Shown here piece after piece: positions 1 through 9,112 of a DNA stretch of 64,000 nt (its first letter is position 1; each line of letters opens with the position of its first letter). Below the pieces are notes generated by a model. It was given only the letters and a program-made list of their open reading frames with translations, was not told the DNA's origin and ran no database searches. The translations under genes and the position numbers were made by a program. Source of the stretch: an uncultured Bacilli bacterium (GTDB lineage: Bacteria > Bacillota_I > Bacilli_A > RF39 > UBA660); contig CALVRN010000001.1 in the NCBI GenBank assembly GCA_944358675.1, positions 23,358 through 87,357 of the forward strand, written 5' to 3'.

Positions 1-41
1 CACGTAGCTGCTGCATCTTATGGAATCTCTCTTTTTCTATA
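1..41 (-). ncRNA. Partial copy A of a repeated small transcription unit; the transcript runs off the left window edge
   Basis: The minus strand reads TTGGTA-N17-TGaTAAAAT, then ttatagAAAAAGAGAGATTCCAtaagatgcagcagctacgtg. It shares TGATAAAAT and a 16-nt AAAAAGAGAGATTCCA core with the unit at 25757-25853. It is locally GC-richer than its surroundings. Confidence 0.4.
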
Positions 42-42
42 A

Positions 43-71
43 ATTTTATCACTTTTTGTTATACATACCAA
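43..71 (-). promoter_or_regulatory. Sigma-A-type promoter of copy A: TTGGTA (71-66), 17-nt spacer, TG-extended TAAAAT (48-43)
   Basis: Hexamers and spacer were read directly. The -35 abuts the stop codon of the LtaS-family gene. Confidence 0.45.
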
Positions 72-73
72 AC

Positions 74-1729
74 TTATTCTGAAGGGACTGCTTCTTTTAA
101 TTGTTTGTAACTGTCACCTAACAATCTATTGTTATAGTATTTAGAACTTTTCGATAATTCATCATCTAATTTGTCTAAACCGCCTAATTCTTCAGCAAGT
201 GTTTGTCTAGAAGAAAATAAATTAGTCCCAAGACCAAGTCTATTACCATCTATATTAAAACCTAAAGCAGCTAGTGTTGTTGGATAATAATCTAGAGTAG
301 TAAATATTCTATTTTTATTATTATTTGTTTTTACTTCTGAGTTAATATAAGCATTATAGACACTTCTTTCATATTTATCACTATCAAACATCGTAGGTAA
401 GTTAGCTTGCATCGATAAATGATCACCAGTTATTACAATAACCGTATCTTTATAAAAATCTTGCTGCTTCAACCAATTCATAAACTCGCCTATTATACTA
501 TCACTACAGTTATAAGCATTTAAATATTTATAATCATATGGAGTTTCACAGGACTCTTCAACATATCCATCTGTGAAATGGGTATCTGTTGTAAGTAGTG
601 TAAAATTAAATGGTTCATTATTTTTTGCTATTTGCGATAATTCCTCTTTTGCAAAATCAAATAATTTTCCATCTTCGTATCCCCACCAAACATAATAGTC
701 ATCATCTATATATCCTTTTTCTTTAGCATAGTTATAATCTTTTATTTCATAATCACCATGATAAGTAAAATAATCTTTTCTACCACCAAAATTAGCATCT
801 GATCCTATCATCAAATAGTTTTTATATCCATTATCTTCTAAAACTTCTCCTAATGAATATACACCTGGTAAAAATGAACCATATCCAGAATATAAATTGC
901 CATCTATAGGTAATTTTAAAGGCACACCTGAACTTGAAGAAACCATAGCAGCAACTGTCCATGTTGAACCGTAAGTATTGTAAGCTCCACCTAATTTATT
1001 ATTCATACTAAAATTTATATTATCTTTAGCTATTTGTTCTAAATTAGGAATAATAGACTCCTCAAAATTACCACCATTTTTACTTGAAAACATCGAAGAT
1101 TCTAATGACTCAACATAAATATATATTAAGTTTTTCTTATTTTCTGGAGCAGTTATTTTTATATTATTTGGATCAGTATAATATGTATTAAATAGATTTG
1201 TTTTTCTATTTGTATCAAAATAATTAACCAAATTAAATTCCACATATACATAATTTAAACTGATAATTAAAAGTATAAAAGAAAATAAAACTCTAATAAA
1301 TCTAGAAATTGGAAATAAACTAAATTTAAATTCTTTGGTTTTAATCACCATTTTTAAATATGTTTTATTTTTTATTAAAAGTTTTGAAATAATAATTATA
1401 ATTACTATAATTAAATAAATTGGCCAGATATGTTTTAAAACATATAAGACTCCATCAGTAATTATAGTAGAGCTTGTTCCTTCTGCCGATTGAAGACTAT
1501 ATAATAATTGATCTACTGTAATATTAGAAAAAGATTCGTTAATATAGTTTGTTACATAGTAAATTATGAGTGCTAGTGTGAAAAAAATAAAGGTAAATAG
1601 ACTACTTATCTTTATCTTTTTTAGAAGTTTTAGAAACAGTTTTCCTAGTTTTTTTAATATTTTTACTATCTTTTGAAGTAATTTTATTATCACTATTAGA
1701 AACTGTTTTAATTTTAGTTTCATTTTCAA
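74..1729 (-). CDS. LTA synthase / phosphoglycerol-transferase family protein: TM helices plus an extracytoplasmic sulfatase-type domain. Probably the 3' part of a frameshifted gene.
   Basis: AlkP/sulfatase-type motifs are present: YIYVESLES, GSTWTVAAM (candidate Thr nucleophile), TTDTHF and ITGDH. The Lys-rich first ~40 codons overlap the preceding ORF by 128 nt and look like out-of-frame translation. Confidence 0.8.
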   Translation of the reverse strand: MKMKLKLKQFLIVIIKLLQKIVKILKKLGKLFLKLLKKIKISSLFTFIFFTLALIIYYVTNYINESFSNITVDQLLYSLQSAEGTSSTIITDGVLYVLKHIWPIYLIIVIIIIISKLLIKNKTYLKMVIKTKEFKFSLFPISRFIRVLFSFILLIISLNYVYVEFNLVNYFDTNRKTNLFNTYYTDPNNIKITAPENKKNLIYIYVESLESSMFSSKNGGNFEESIIPNLEQIAKDNINFSMNNKLGGAYNTYGSTWTVAAMVSSSSGVPLKLPIDGNLYSGYGSFLPGVYSLGEVLEDNGYKNYLMIGSDANFGGRKDYFTYHGDYEIKDYNYAKEKGYIDDDYYVWWGYEDGKLFDFAKEELSQIAKNNEPFNFTLLTTDTHFTDGYVEESCETPYDYKYLNAYNCSDSIIGEFMNWLKQQDFYKDTVIVITGDHLSMQANLPTMFDSDKYERSVYNAYINSEVKTNNNKNRIFTTLDYYPTTLAALGFNIDGNRLGLGTNLFSSRQTLAEELGGLDKLDDELSKSSKYYNNRLLGDSYKQLKEAVPSE

Positions 1730-2030
1730 CCTCTATTTTAAACATAACATTTTTTTGAATCACTAGACCAATAAAAACTAATATAACATTAACTATAATT
1801 GATATGGCAGCCATTTCAGCAAATAATATTGTATCTGAATTAATTACATTAAATACATTTTCTTTTATTCCAAAAAGATTATACATAATTAAAACATTTA
1901 TAATAAATGAAAAGAGTAATAAAGTTATATAATTATAAATAATATTCTTAATTTTTAACTCTTTATTAAAATAGTTATTAATCCTAACCCCAATTATACT
2001 TGGAATAAAAAAAGCAAATAAACTATACAT
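1602..2030 (-). CDS. Membrane module (3 TM helices plus a Lys/Ser-rich linker), likely the N-terminal part of the LtaS-family gene
   Basis: GGAGG lies 8 nt upstream of the ATG at 2030, which makes the ORF-track start at 2045 less likely. Three hydrophobic helices are present. The ORF ends inside an A-rich tract, out of frame with ORF 74-1729. Confidence 0.5.
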   Translation of the reverse strand: MYSLFAFFIPSIIGVRINNYFNKELKIKNIIYNYITLLLFSFIINVLIMYNLFGIKENVFNVINSDTILFAEMAAISIIVNVILVFIGLVIQKNVMFKIEVENETKIKTVSNSDNKITSKDSKNIKKTRKTVSKTSKKDKDK

Positions 2031-2206
2031 AAAACAAACCTCCATATTATATTTTCTTCTAATAATTAAGTATATAAAAGATATTTTATACTATTTCACA
2101 AACAATTTCAATTATTTTTTGAACAAAATACCAAAATAAATTTTTGCAAACTTTTACATTTTACAAAGCAAATTCCTAATATACAAAAAAAGTCCATAAT
2201 CTAGAC

Positions 2207-2623
2207 TTATTTCTTTTTAAATACAAATATCTTGCTCATTACATAATTTAAAATAATAACTATAATATTAGATGCAATTTTTAAAATAATAGCTGGGCCT
2301 TTTAACAAATCAACACCAACAAACATTATTCCTAAATCTAAAACACCAGTTGCAACTCTACATGCAGTAAAACTTCCAAGTTCTTTCATTAATATTTTAA
2401 AATCAAAACTTTTACTTTCAAACACCCATAATTTATTAGTTATAAAAGCAAATAAAACTGATACAATCCAAGCAATAATATTACTAATTACATTAGAAAC
2501 ATCTAAAACACTATATAAAAGTCCATAGACACCAATATTGATAATAGTAGTCAAAACACCAAATATACCATATAAAATAATAAATTTGTATTTTTTTATT
2601 AATTCTTTTATTTTATCAATCAT
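2207..2623 (-). CDS. gtrA: GtrA/GtcA family membrane protein (putative lipid-linked sugar flippase component)
   Basis: About 138 aa with 4 TM helices and a basic C-terminus (FVFKKK), the typical GtrA architecture. AAGGAG precedes the ATG at 2623, which overlaps the mnmA stop (ATGATTGA). Confidence 0.7.
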   Translation of the reverse strand: MIDKIKELIKKYKFIILYGIFGVLTTIINIGVYGLLYSVLDVSNVISNIIAWIVSVLFAFITNKLWVFESKSFDFKILMKELGSFTACRVATGVLDLGIMFVGVDLLKGPAIILKIASNIIVIILNYVMSKIFVFKKK

Positions 2624-3710
2624 AATTCTTCTCCTTATATACGGTTTTAATAATTCCACCGCCTAAACATTCATCACCATTATAAAATACGCATGCTTGT
2701 CCCTCGGTAACCGCTTTGATACCTTGTGGATATTTTACTAAAATATTTCCGTTATCTAATTTTTCGGTAAACACCTCATTATCTTGCTGTCTATATCTAA
2801 ATTTAGCCATGCATTTAGAAGGTAATTCATCAAGTAAATTAATATCTTCTATTTCAGCCGCGTAACTTAATAAATATTTATTTTCATCACCTATAGCCAC
2901 ATATAAAATGTTTTTTTCTAAATCTTTTTTGCATACGAACATTCTTTCCTTTGTACCACCAATATTTAAACCTCTTCTTTGACCTATTGTATAATACATT
3001 AATCCTGTATGTTTACCTAATATTTCGCCTGTATCAATATTAACAATATCACCAGGATTATTAGGTAAGTAATTTTCTAAAAAATGTTTAAAATTACGTT
3101 CACCGATGAAACATATACCAGTTGAATCTTTTTTATCAGCAGTAATTAAATCATACTCATGAGCAATCCTTCTAACTTCACTCTTTTGTAACTCCCCTAC
3201 TGGAAATAAAACTTTTTCTAATTGTTTTTTAGAAACCTGTGATAAGAAATATGTTTGATCTTTGTTTTCATCTAAACCCTTATATAATTTACCATTTATT
3301 AATCTAGCATAATGACCAGTCGCAATATAATCGGCGCCTAATTTAAAAGCTTCTTTAGCAAACATATCAAATTTAATATACTTATTACACATTACATCTG
3401 GATTAGGGGTTCTTCCTTTTTTTAACTCATTTAGAAAATAAGTAAAAACATAATCCCAATACTCTTTAACAAAATCCACTCTTTTTAAAGGAATACCTAA
3501 TTTATTACAAACCTTTAAAGCATCATTATAATCTTTTTCTTGAGGGCATATATCATTTAAGTCGTTTGGATTACCTAAATAATCATTATTAATAGTACTA
3601 TCCCAATTTCTCATAAAAAGGCCAATAACTTCATAACCTTGTTTTTGTAGTAAAATAGCAGCTACACTACTATCTACTCCCCCACTCATTCCTACAACAA
3701 CTTTTGGCAT
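2616..3710 (-). CDS. mnmA: tRNA 2-thiouridine(34) synthase MnmA
   Basis: PP-loop [15 protein letters not shown]. Conserved MnmA blocks are present ([27 protein letters not shown]). GGAAGTGA precedes the ATG at 3710. Confidence 0.93.
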   Translation of the reverse strand: MPKVVVGMSGGVDSSVAAILLQKQGYEVIGLFMRNWDSTINNDYLGNPNDLNDICPQEKDYNDALKVCNKLGIPLKRVDFVKEYWDYVFTYFLNELKKGRTPNPDVMCNKYIKFDMFAKEAFKLGADYIATGHYARLINGKLYKGLDENKDQTYFLSQVSKKQLEKVLFPVGELQKSEVRRIAHEYDLITADKKDSTGICFIGERNFKHFLENYLPNNPGDIVNIDTGEILGKHTGLMYYTIGQRRGLNIGGTKERMFVCKKDLEKNILYVAIGDENKYLLSYAAEIEDINLLDELPSKCMAKFRYRQQDNEVFTEKLDNGNILVKYPQGIKAVTEGQACVFYNGDECLGGGIIKTVYKEKNYD

Positions 3711-3760
3711 AATATCACTTCCATAATAATTATACAAAAAATATAGCATAAAAGCTATAT

Positions 3761-4390
3761 CTAATTTAAAAGTGACACAATAAGGTTAATTAATTTAGGT
3801 GCTCCATACACCTCATATAAAACACTTATTAATAATATTATTAATGAAAAACCTAAAACAAATAAATATTTATTAAAAATTCCTTTAAACTCAAAACTTT
3901 TCTTTTTAGTAAAACTATTTATTAATCTATATGATAAGATTAATGCATATGAAGAAATTAAAAGAAAAATCATCATATTAATTATATGATGGGGAACAAT
4001 ATATGCAAGTGCAATTAAAATTCCCTTAAAGTTAAAATTAATAATTATGCTGCCAATAGAAAAACCTAAAGCAAAAGCTTTTACAAATAAAAATAATAGT
4101 ATCAAAATAAAACCAATCACTGATATTCCAAGAAGCCATATTAAGAATGCTCCACCTAAAGTAAAAATCAAAGTATTTATTACAGTCCCACTATAATTTA
4201 AATTATTACTATTCAAATTATTCAAAAAGTTATTTAAATAGTCACTTACCATTACTTTATCATCATTATTTAAAACCGTTACAAATATACTTCCCGCCGC
4301 AATACCAACTGCAATAATCACCACTAAAAACACAAATAAATTTTTGTTAATGCGAATATTGTTTTTTAACTTGTCCATATATTTTTTCAT
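3761..4390 (-). CDS. spoIIM: Stage II sporulation protein M
   Basis: A ~209-aa polytopic protein. [27 protein letters not shown] and the C-terminal [11 protein letters not shown] resemble the corresponding blocks of B. subtilis SpoIIM as recalled. Confidence 0.75.
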   Translation of the reverse strand: MKKYMDKLKNNIRINKNLFVFLVVIIAVGIAAGSIFVTVLNNDDKVMVSDYLNNFLNNLNSNNLNYSGTVINTLIFTLGGAFLIWLLGISVIGFILILLFLFVKAFALGFSIGSIIINFNFKGILIALAYIVPHHIINMMIFLLISSYALILSYRLINSFTKKKSFEFKGIFNKYLFVLGFSLIILLISVLYEVYGAPKLINLIVSLLN

Positions 4391-4478
4391 ATTTATCCCT
4401 CATCAAATTATATTGTTTTGATTAAAAAATATTCCAAAAAAAGAAAAAATATTATATAATTATCTAGAGGTGATAATC

Positions 4479-4568
4479 GTGAATCCAAAAGTTCAAAAAA
4501 TCGCGGTCTGGATTATGCTTATTGGTATTATCGCATTTTTCATTGCCGGCCTATTTGTCTATGTATAA
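4479..4568 (+). CDS. Unlisted 29-aa single-TM peptide (VNPKVQKIAVWIMLIGIIAFFIAGLFVYV)
   Basis: A GTG start lies 5 nt after AGAGGTGA. The codons are GC-richer than the flanks. The ORF ends immediately before the hairpin terminator at 4567-4599. Confidence 0.4.
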   Translation: MNPKVQKIAVWIMLIGIIAFFIAGLFVYV

Positions 4569-4599
4569 AAACGTCTACTTAAACTTAAGTGGACGTTTT
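4567..4599. terminator. Bidirectional hairpin between the small ORF and the SGNH hydrolase gene
   Basis: The sequence aaaacgtctactt-aaac-ttaagtggacgtttt forms a stem with one G-T wobble pair and has A/T runs on both sides. Confidence 0.6.
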
Positions 4600-5476
4600 A
4601 AAATTTAACACAATCATTTATAATATAATTTAAAATTTCTTTATTTGTATTTCTAGTATAATGTAATCCATCGTCAGTCCCAAATCTTAAATTTCTATTG
4701 GCATCACAGTAATAAATATTATCTTTATCAGCCTTAGAAATATCCTTTACTAAAACCTTATTAAACTTTTCGATTTTTTTATTAGTCCTTACATTTTGTG
4801 GCTGGCTTTTATTTAATTTTTTTTCAATAATAGGATTAACAGACATTATATATAATTTAATCTTAGAACTATATTCAGCAAGTTTTAAATAATTATTAAA
4901 ATATTTATCAGCACTTTCCAAATAATCATCCGTATATTGAATATCATTCACCCCCATATTAACAACTATATTATAGGTTAAATAGTCATCATTATCTAAC
5001 AAGTTATAAGCATCTTTCATAGCTTCATCTTCAAACCATTCAAGAGAGGCACCACCTTTAGAAATAAAATCAACATTAAACGGTTTAACTATTTTATCAT
5101 CTATAGCTATATACTCCATTCTAGAATCACCAATTATCATAACACGATTATTTTCTAAAGAATCAAAAGTAGTTTTTATTGTTTCTTCCAAATTATACAT
5201 AATATTTTCATTATACTTACAACTACAACCATTAAATGAACTAGTATTTAATAGCCAAGCAAAAAGAAAAAACAAAAAACCAACTAACAAAATTGAAATA
5301 ATAACAACAACTGATTTTTGAAAATTGTTAAAATTAATTTTTTTTACAAATCTATCATTTTGTATTAAAATAAATAAAGCAATAAAAAATAATATGACAA
5401 AACAACATAAAACCTCAAAGTATTTCATGTTAATAAGAAAAAAAATAAAATTGTCTTCACAAATACGTAATGCCAT
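4598..5476 (-). CDS. Membrane-anchored SGNH/GDSL-type hydrolase
   Basis: An N-terminal TM helix is present. SGNH blocks are IIGDSRM (block I), GVNDI (block III) and DGLHYT (block V). GGTGA precedes the ATG at 5476. Confidence 0.7.
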   Translation of the reverse strand: MALRICEDNFIFFLINMKYFEVLCCFVILFFIALFILIQNDRFVKKINFNNFQKSVVVIISILLVGFLFFLFAWLLNTSSFNGCSCKYNENIMYNLEETIKTTFDSLENNRVMIIGDSRMEYIAIDDKIVKPFNVDFISKGGASLEWFEDEAMKDAYNLLDNDDYLTYNIVVNMGVNDIQYTDDYLESADKYFNNYLKLAEYSSKIKLYIMSVNPIIEKKLNKSQPQNVRTNKKIEKFNKVLVKDISKADKDNIYYCDANRNLRFGTDDGLHYTRNTNKEILNYIINDCVKF

Positions 5477-5608
5477 AAAATCACCATAAATATATTATCA
5501 CAATTCTCTTATATGTCAAATAAATTTTACCATAAACTTCTACTTTTATAATTTATTATTCAACACATAATAATAATGTAGTCTGATTTTAATTTAGGAG
5601 ATGGTTAT

Positions 5609-6601
5609 TTGTTTTTTAAAAAAATTAAAAAATCTATCTTCCTGCTTTTTCTTTCTATTTTTATTATACCATCGTCAGTCTTTGCTTATTCAGATAGAAT
5701 AATTGCTGGCGGGCAAAACATAGGTATGACCTTAAATTCTAAAGGAATCTTAATAGTCGGCACATATGAGGTAAATAATGAATCTCCCGCTCAAGAAGCG
5801 GGATTAAAAACCGGAGATGCTATAACCAAAATCAATGATATAGAAGTAAGTTCTATTGAAGAAATGGCCAATCAAATAAACAAAGTAAGAGACGAACAAG
5901 TAAAAATAACTTACATTAGAAAAGGCAAAGAAAAAAATACAACATTAAAGCTTTACAAAGATGAAAACAACGTCTATAAAACTGGACTTTATGTGAAAGA
6001 TAGTGTGACAGGTATTGGTACACTAACCTTTATTGATCCAAACACTAAAATTTTTGGAGCACTAGGTCATGAAATTCAAGAACAGACAACCGGTAAAATA
6101 TTCGAAATTAGTGGTGGCCAAATTTTTAGCTCAAAAGTAACTGGAATAATCAAAAGTTCTGACGGATCTCCAGGCGAAAAAAGAGCTGAATATGATAAAA
6201 ATAAAACAACTGGAAATTTATATGAAAACACCACACAAGGTATCTTTGGAAACTATACAGCAAACATAGACACTAGCAAAACATATCATGTTGCCAGCCC
6301 AGAAGAGATAAAAAAAGGTAAAGCAAAAATCTTAACCGTCTTAAATAACACAGATATAAAAGAATATGAAATAAACATCACACAAATAAATTCAGCTGAA
6401 CAAAAAAATAAAAACTTTATTTTTGAAATAACTGATGCAGAATTGTTAGATACAACTGGAGGAATTATTCAAGGCATGAGTGGATCTCCAATTATTCAAG
6501 GAGACAATATTATAGGAGCAATCACCCATGTAGTTGTTGATAATCCTCACAAAGGATATGGTATATTTATCACTAATATGTTAGAAGAAGCAGAAAATTA
6601 A
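5609..6601 (+). CDS. spoIVB: SpoIVB signalling serine peptidase (S55) with a PDZ domain
   Basis: Signal/TM segment, PDZ block (GLKTGDAITKINDIEV), GTLTFIDPNTKIFGALGH, and the catalytic GMSGSPI. TTG start after AGGAG. Confidence 0.9.
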   Translation: MFFKKIKKSIFLLFLSIFIIPSSVFAYSDRIIAGGQNIGMTLNSKGILIVGTYEVNNESPAQEAGLKTGDAITKINDIEVSSIEEMANQINKVRDEQVKITYIRKGKEKNTTLKLYKDENNVYKTGLYVKDSVTGIGTLTFIDPNTKIFGALGHEIQEQTTGKIFEISGGQIFSSKVTGIIKSSDGSPGEKRAEYDKNKTTGNLYENTTQGIFGNYTANIDTSKTYHVASPEEIKKGKAKILTVLNNTDIKEYEINITQINSAEQKNKNFIFEITDAELLDTTGGIIQGMSGSPIIQGDNIIGAITHVVVDNPHKGYGIFITNMLEEAEN

Positions 6602-6604
6602 CAT

Positions 6605-6634
6605 AAAATCCCATTTAATTATAAATGGGATTTT
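6605..6634. terminator. Bidirectional rho-independent terminator between convergent genes
   Basis: The sequence aaaatcccattta-att-ataaatgggatttt forms an almost perfect (one mismatch) 13/14-bp stem flanked by A and T runs. Confidence 0.8.
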
Positions 6635-6635
6635 A

Positions 6636-8114
6636 TCAATAAATAAGTAAAAATAACGTATCATTTTCAAAATGTAATTGTTTTCTATCAAAATATTTAT
6701 AATCCTTATTTTTAAATAATTCATTGTATTTTTTTTCAGACATTTTTTCATAAGTCACATTATGTTTAGGGCTAATATAATCATTAACAGCACAATTCAT
6801 CGCCCAACCTTCAGCCATAACTCTAATATTTGCACCATTATTATATCCCGTTAAATAGTAATAAGCTGAATCCGTATCGTTAGCATAATAAATATGTTTA
6901 ATCGTCACATCATTTTCTTCTTCATATGTTTTAATTTCAGAATGCAAACTACTTAAATAAGCTATATCTTGACGATATCTTTCTAAATCAATGCGAGTGT
7001 TTTTGTAAAATAAAAAGCTATATATTATCACAATAATAATACTAAGCAACAAAGCAAAATAACAAGAATACTTCAAATTAACATTGAATTTTGTCAAGGT
7101 TAATAAGCCTATAGCACTAGGTAAAATAGTTAATGTTAAAATAGTTCTAGCTGCCATATAGTTTTCATCACTATTCATAACCACATTAGGAACAAAAGGC
7201 ATCAATATAGCAGAACACAATAAACCTATAAGTAACAATGTATTTACAAGTTTATAATTATTTTTAATTAAACCGATTATAGCATAAATAAACATCATAA
7301 TAGTTAATGAATAATATAATTTTGGAGAAACATATCCAAAAAGTTGTTTCATGCCTGTTGGTAATAAATAAGTAAAAATATGATGAAAATTTTTTACCAA
7401 ATTAACATTTCCAACACTACTGGTTGCCTCACCAAAAATATTAGCAACAATTTTAATAACTATTAAATCTGAAATAAAAGCAATACCATAAATTATTAAT
7501 GCAATTAAAAGTTTTTTGATAAAATTTAATATTTCAATTTTATCGTGTTTGCTAAACTTTACTGCATCAAATAAAATCAAAATAGGAATTAAAAAACAAG
7601 CCATTCCCTGATAACAAACAACACTGATAATCATAAAAAATAAAGCTAAAAAATAATTTTTCCATCCACCATCAGCTATTTTTCTAGCACATAATGTGGC
7701 CATTAAAATACCAAGACCCATTATTATTGCTTCATCAAACATAATAACCTCAATCATTAATGGCATATAAAACATAGTAAATGATAAAATTAAAATAGAG
7801 AGTTTCAAAAATTTATTTTGAATATTTTTAGATAAATAATTATAAACAATCAATATAGAGCCAGATAAGCAAAGATTAACTCCAAAAGCTGATAAAAACC
7901 CAATAGAATCAAAAGGAAGATTGATTAACCCATAAAGCCAAAACATTAATGCAGATATAACTCGACCTTTTTGCAAAAACCAAACAGCAGTATCATTATA
8001 ACCATTAAAAATATTACAATAACTATCTAACCCGTGTGAAGGGACAAAATTAGGAGATGTTATTATAGTTGCAGCACAAAATATAATTATAAATAAAACT
8101 ATTTTCTTTTTCAT
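6636..8114 (-). CDS. Polytopic (~12 TM) membrane protein, putative GT-C-type glycosyltransferase partner of the adjacent GtrB-like enzyme
   Basis: Many TM helices are followed by a ~110-aa C-terminal soluble domain. The start lies 3 nt after the stop of the GtrB/CsbB-like GT2. Function is inferred from context only. Confidence 0.45.
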   Translation of the reverse strand: MKKKIVLFIIIFCAATIITSPNFVPSHGLDSYCNIFNGYNDTAVWFLQKGRVISALMFWLYGLINLPFDSIGFLSAFGVNLCLSGSILIVYNYLSKNIQNKFLKLSILILSFTMFYMPLMIEVIMFDEAIIMGLGILMATLCARKIADGGWKNYFLALFFMIISVVCYQGMACFLIPILILFDAVKFSKHDKIEILNFIKKLLIALIIYGIAFISDLIVIKIVANIFGEATSSVGNVNLVKNFHHIFTYLLPTGMKQLFGYVSPKLYYSLTIMMFIYAIIGLIKNNYKLVNTLLLIGLLCSAILMPFVPNVVMNSDENYMAARTILTLTILPSAIGLLTLTKFNVNLKYSCYFALLLSIIIVIIYSFLFYKNTRIDLERYRQDIAYLSSLHSEIKTYEEENDVTIKHIYYANDTDSAYYYLTGYNNGANIRVMAEGWAMNCAVNDYISPKHNVTYEKMSEKKYNELFKNKDYKYFDRKQLHFENDTLFLLIY

Positions 8115-8116
8115 AA

Positions 8117-9061
8117 CTATTTCACATCCTTAGTATCCTTCTCAGTTTCTGCAACAATATATATTGGTCTCTTCTTGACCTCCAAATATGTTTTTGATAA
8201 ATACTGCCCCATAATACCAAGACAAAGAAGTTGAATACCTCCTATAAAAAACATAATGCAAACTGTACTTGGCCATCCACTAGTTGGATCACCATACACT
8301 AAAGTTCGTACAATAATCAAAATAATTAAAATAAAAGCAATAAAACAAAACAAAATGCCCATAACTGATGCGATAGAAAGAGGCACAGTTGAAAATGCCA
8401 CAATGCTTTCCAACGAATATAAAAACAATTTAAAAAATGACCATTTAGTAGTACCAGCTACTCTTTCGACATTTTCATATTCAAGCCACTTTGTACGGTA
8501 ACCTACCCAAGAAAAAATTCCTTTAGAAAAACGATTATATTCTTTTAAAGACAACACTGAATTAACCATTTGTCTTGTCATTAATCTAAAATCTCTAGCA
8601 CCATCAACAATTTCAGTTTTAGAAATTTTATTAATTAATTTATAATACATCCTAGCAAAAAAACTTCTTATAATTGGTTCTCCCTTTCTAGAAACTCTAC
8701 GAGTAGCCACACTGTCATATTCCCCAGTTTCTAATATATCATACATTTCTTTAAGTAAGAATGGTGGGTCTTGTAAATCCGCATCCATAATTGCAACATA
8801 ATCACCAGTAGACGCCTCAAGGCCAGCATACATAGCCGCTTCTTTACCAAAATTTCTTGAAAAAGATAAGTAACGGACATCCTTGTTTTTAGATAACTTT
8901 CTCATTAAATTTAAAGTATTATCTTTACTTCCGTCATTAACAAAAATAATTTCAAACACAACATTTTTAAATTCCCTTTTTACTTTAGATATTTCAGCAT
9001 AAAAGATTTCAATTACTTCTTGTTCATTATAACAAGGAACTACTAAAGATATTTTCTTCAT
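8117..9061 (-). CDS. GT2 polyprenyl-phosphate glycosyltransferase (GtrB/CsbB-like)
   Basis: LVVPCYNE, VNDGSKDNT and DADLQDPP motifs, plus two C-terminal TM helices characteristic of GtrB/CsbB/ArnC-type enzymes. Confidence 0.85.
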   Translation of the reverse strand: MKKISLVVPCYNEQEVIEIFYAEISKVKREFKNVVFEIIFVNDGSKDNTLNLMRKLSKNKDVRYLSFSRNFGKEAAMYAGLEASTGDYVAIMDADLQDPPFLLKEMYDILETGEYDSVATRRVSRKGEPIIRSFFARMYYKLINKISKTEIVDGARDFRLMTRQMVNSVLSLKEYNRFSKGIFSWVGYRTKWLEYENVERVAGTTKWSFFKLFLYSLESIVAFSTVPLSIASVMGILFCFIAFILIILIIVRTLVYGDPTSGWPSTVCIMFFIGGIQLLCLGIMGQYLSKTYLEVKKRPIYIVAETEKDTKDVK

Positions 9062-9112
9062 TTACAAACACTCCCTAATCCATTAAATATTATATCATAA
9101 AATAAATAATTT

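Noticed and set aside
74-200. Treating the Lys-rich N-terminus MKMKLKLKQFLIVIIKLLQKIVKILKK (encoded at 1729-1610) as the genuine start of the LtaS-family protein.
   Set aside because: The sequence is what an A/T-rich linker gives when read out of frame, and it overlaps the upstream ORF by 128 nt. The frameshift interpretation explains both ORFs better.
5477-5608. A search for a SigF/SigG-type forespore promoter upstream of spoIVB.
   Set aside because: A CATAATA element matches the SigG -10 pattern, but no G-containing -35 (GHATR) lies at the right spacing. No promoter is therefore claimed.
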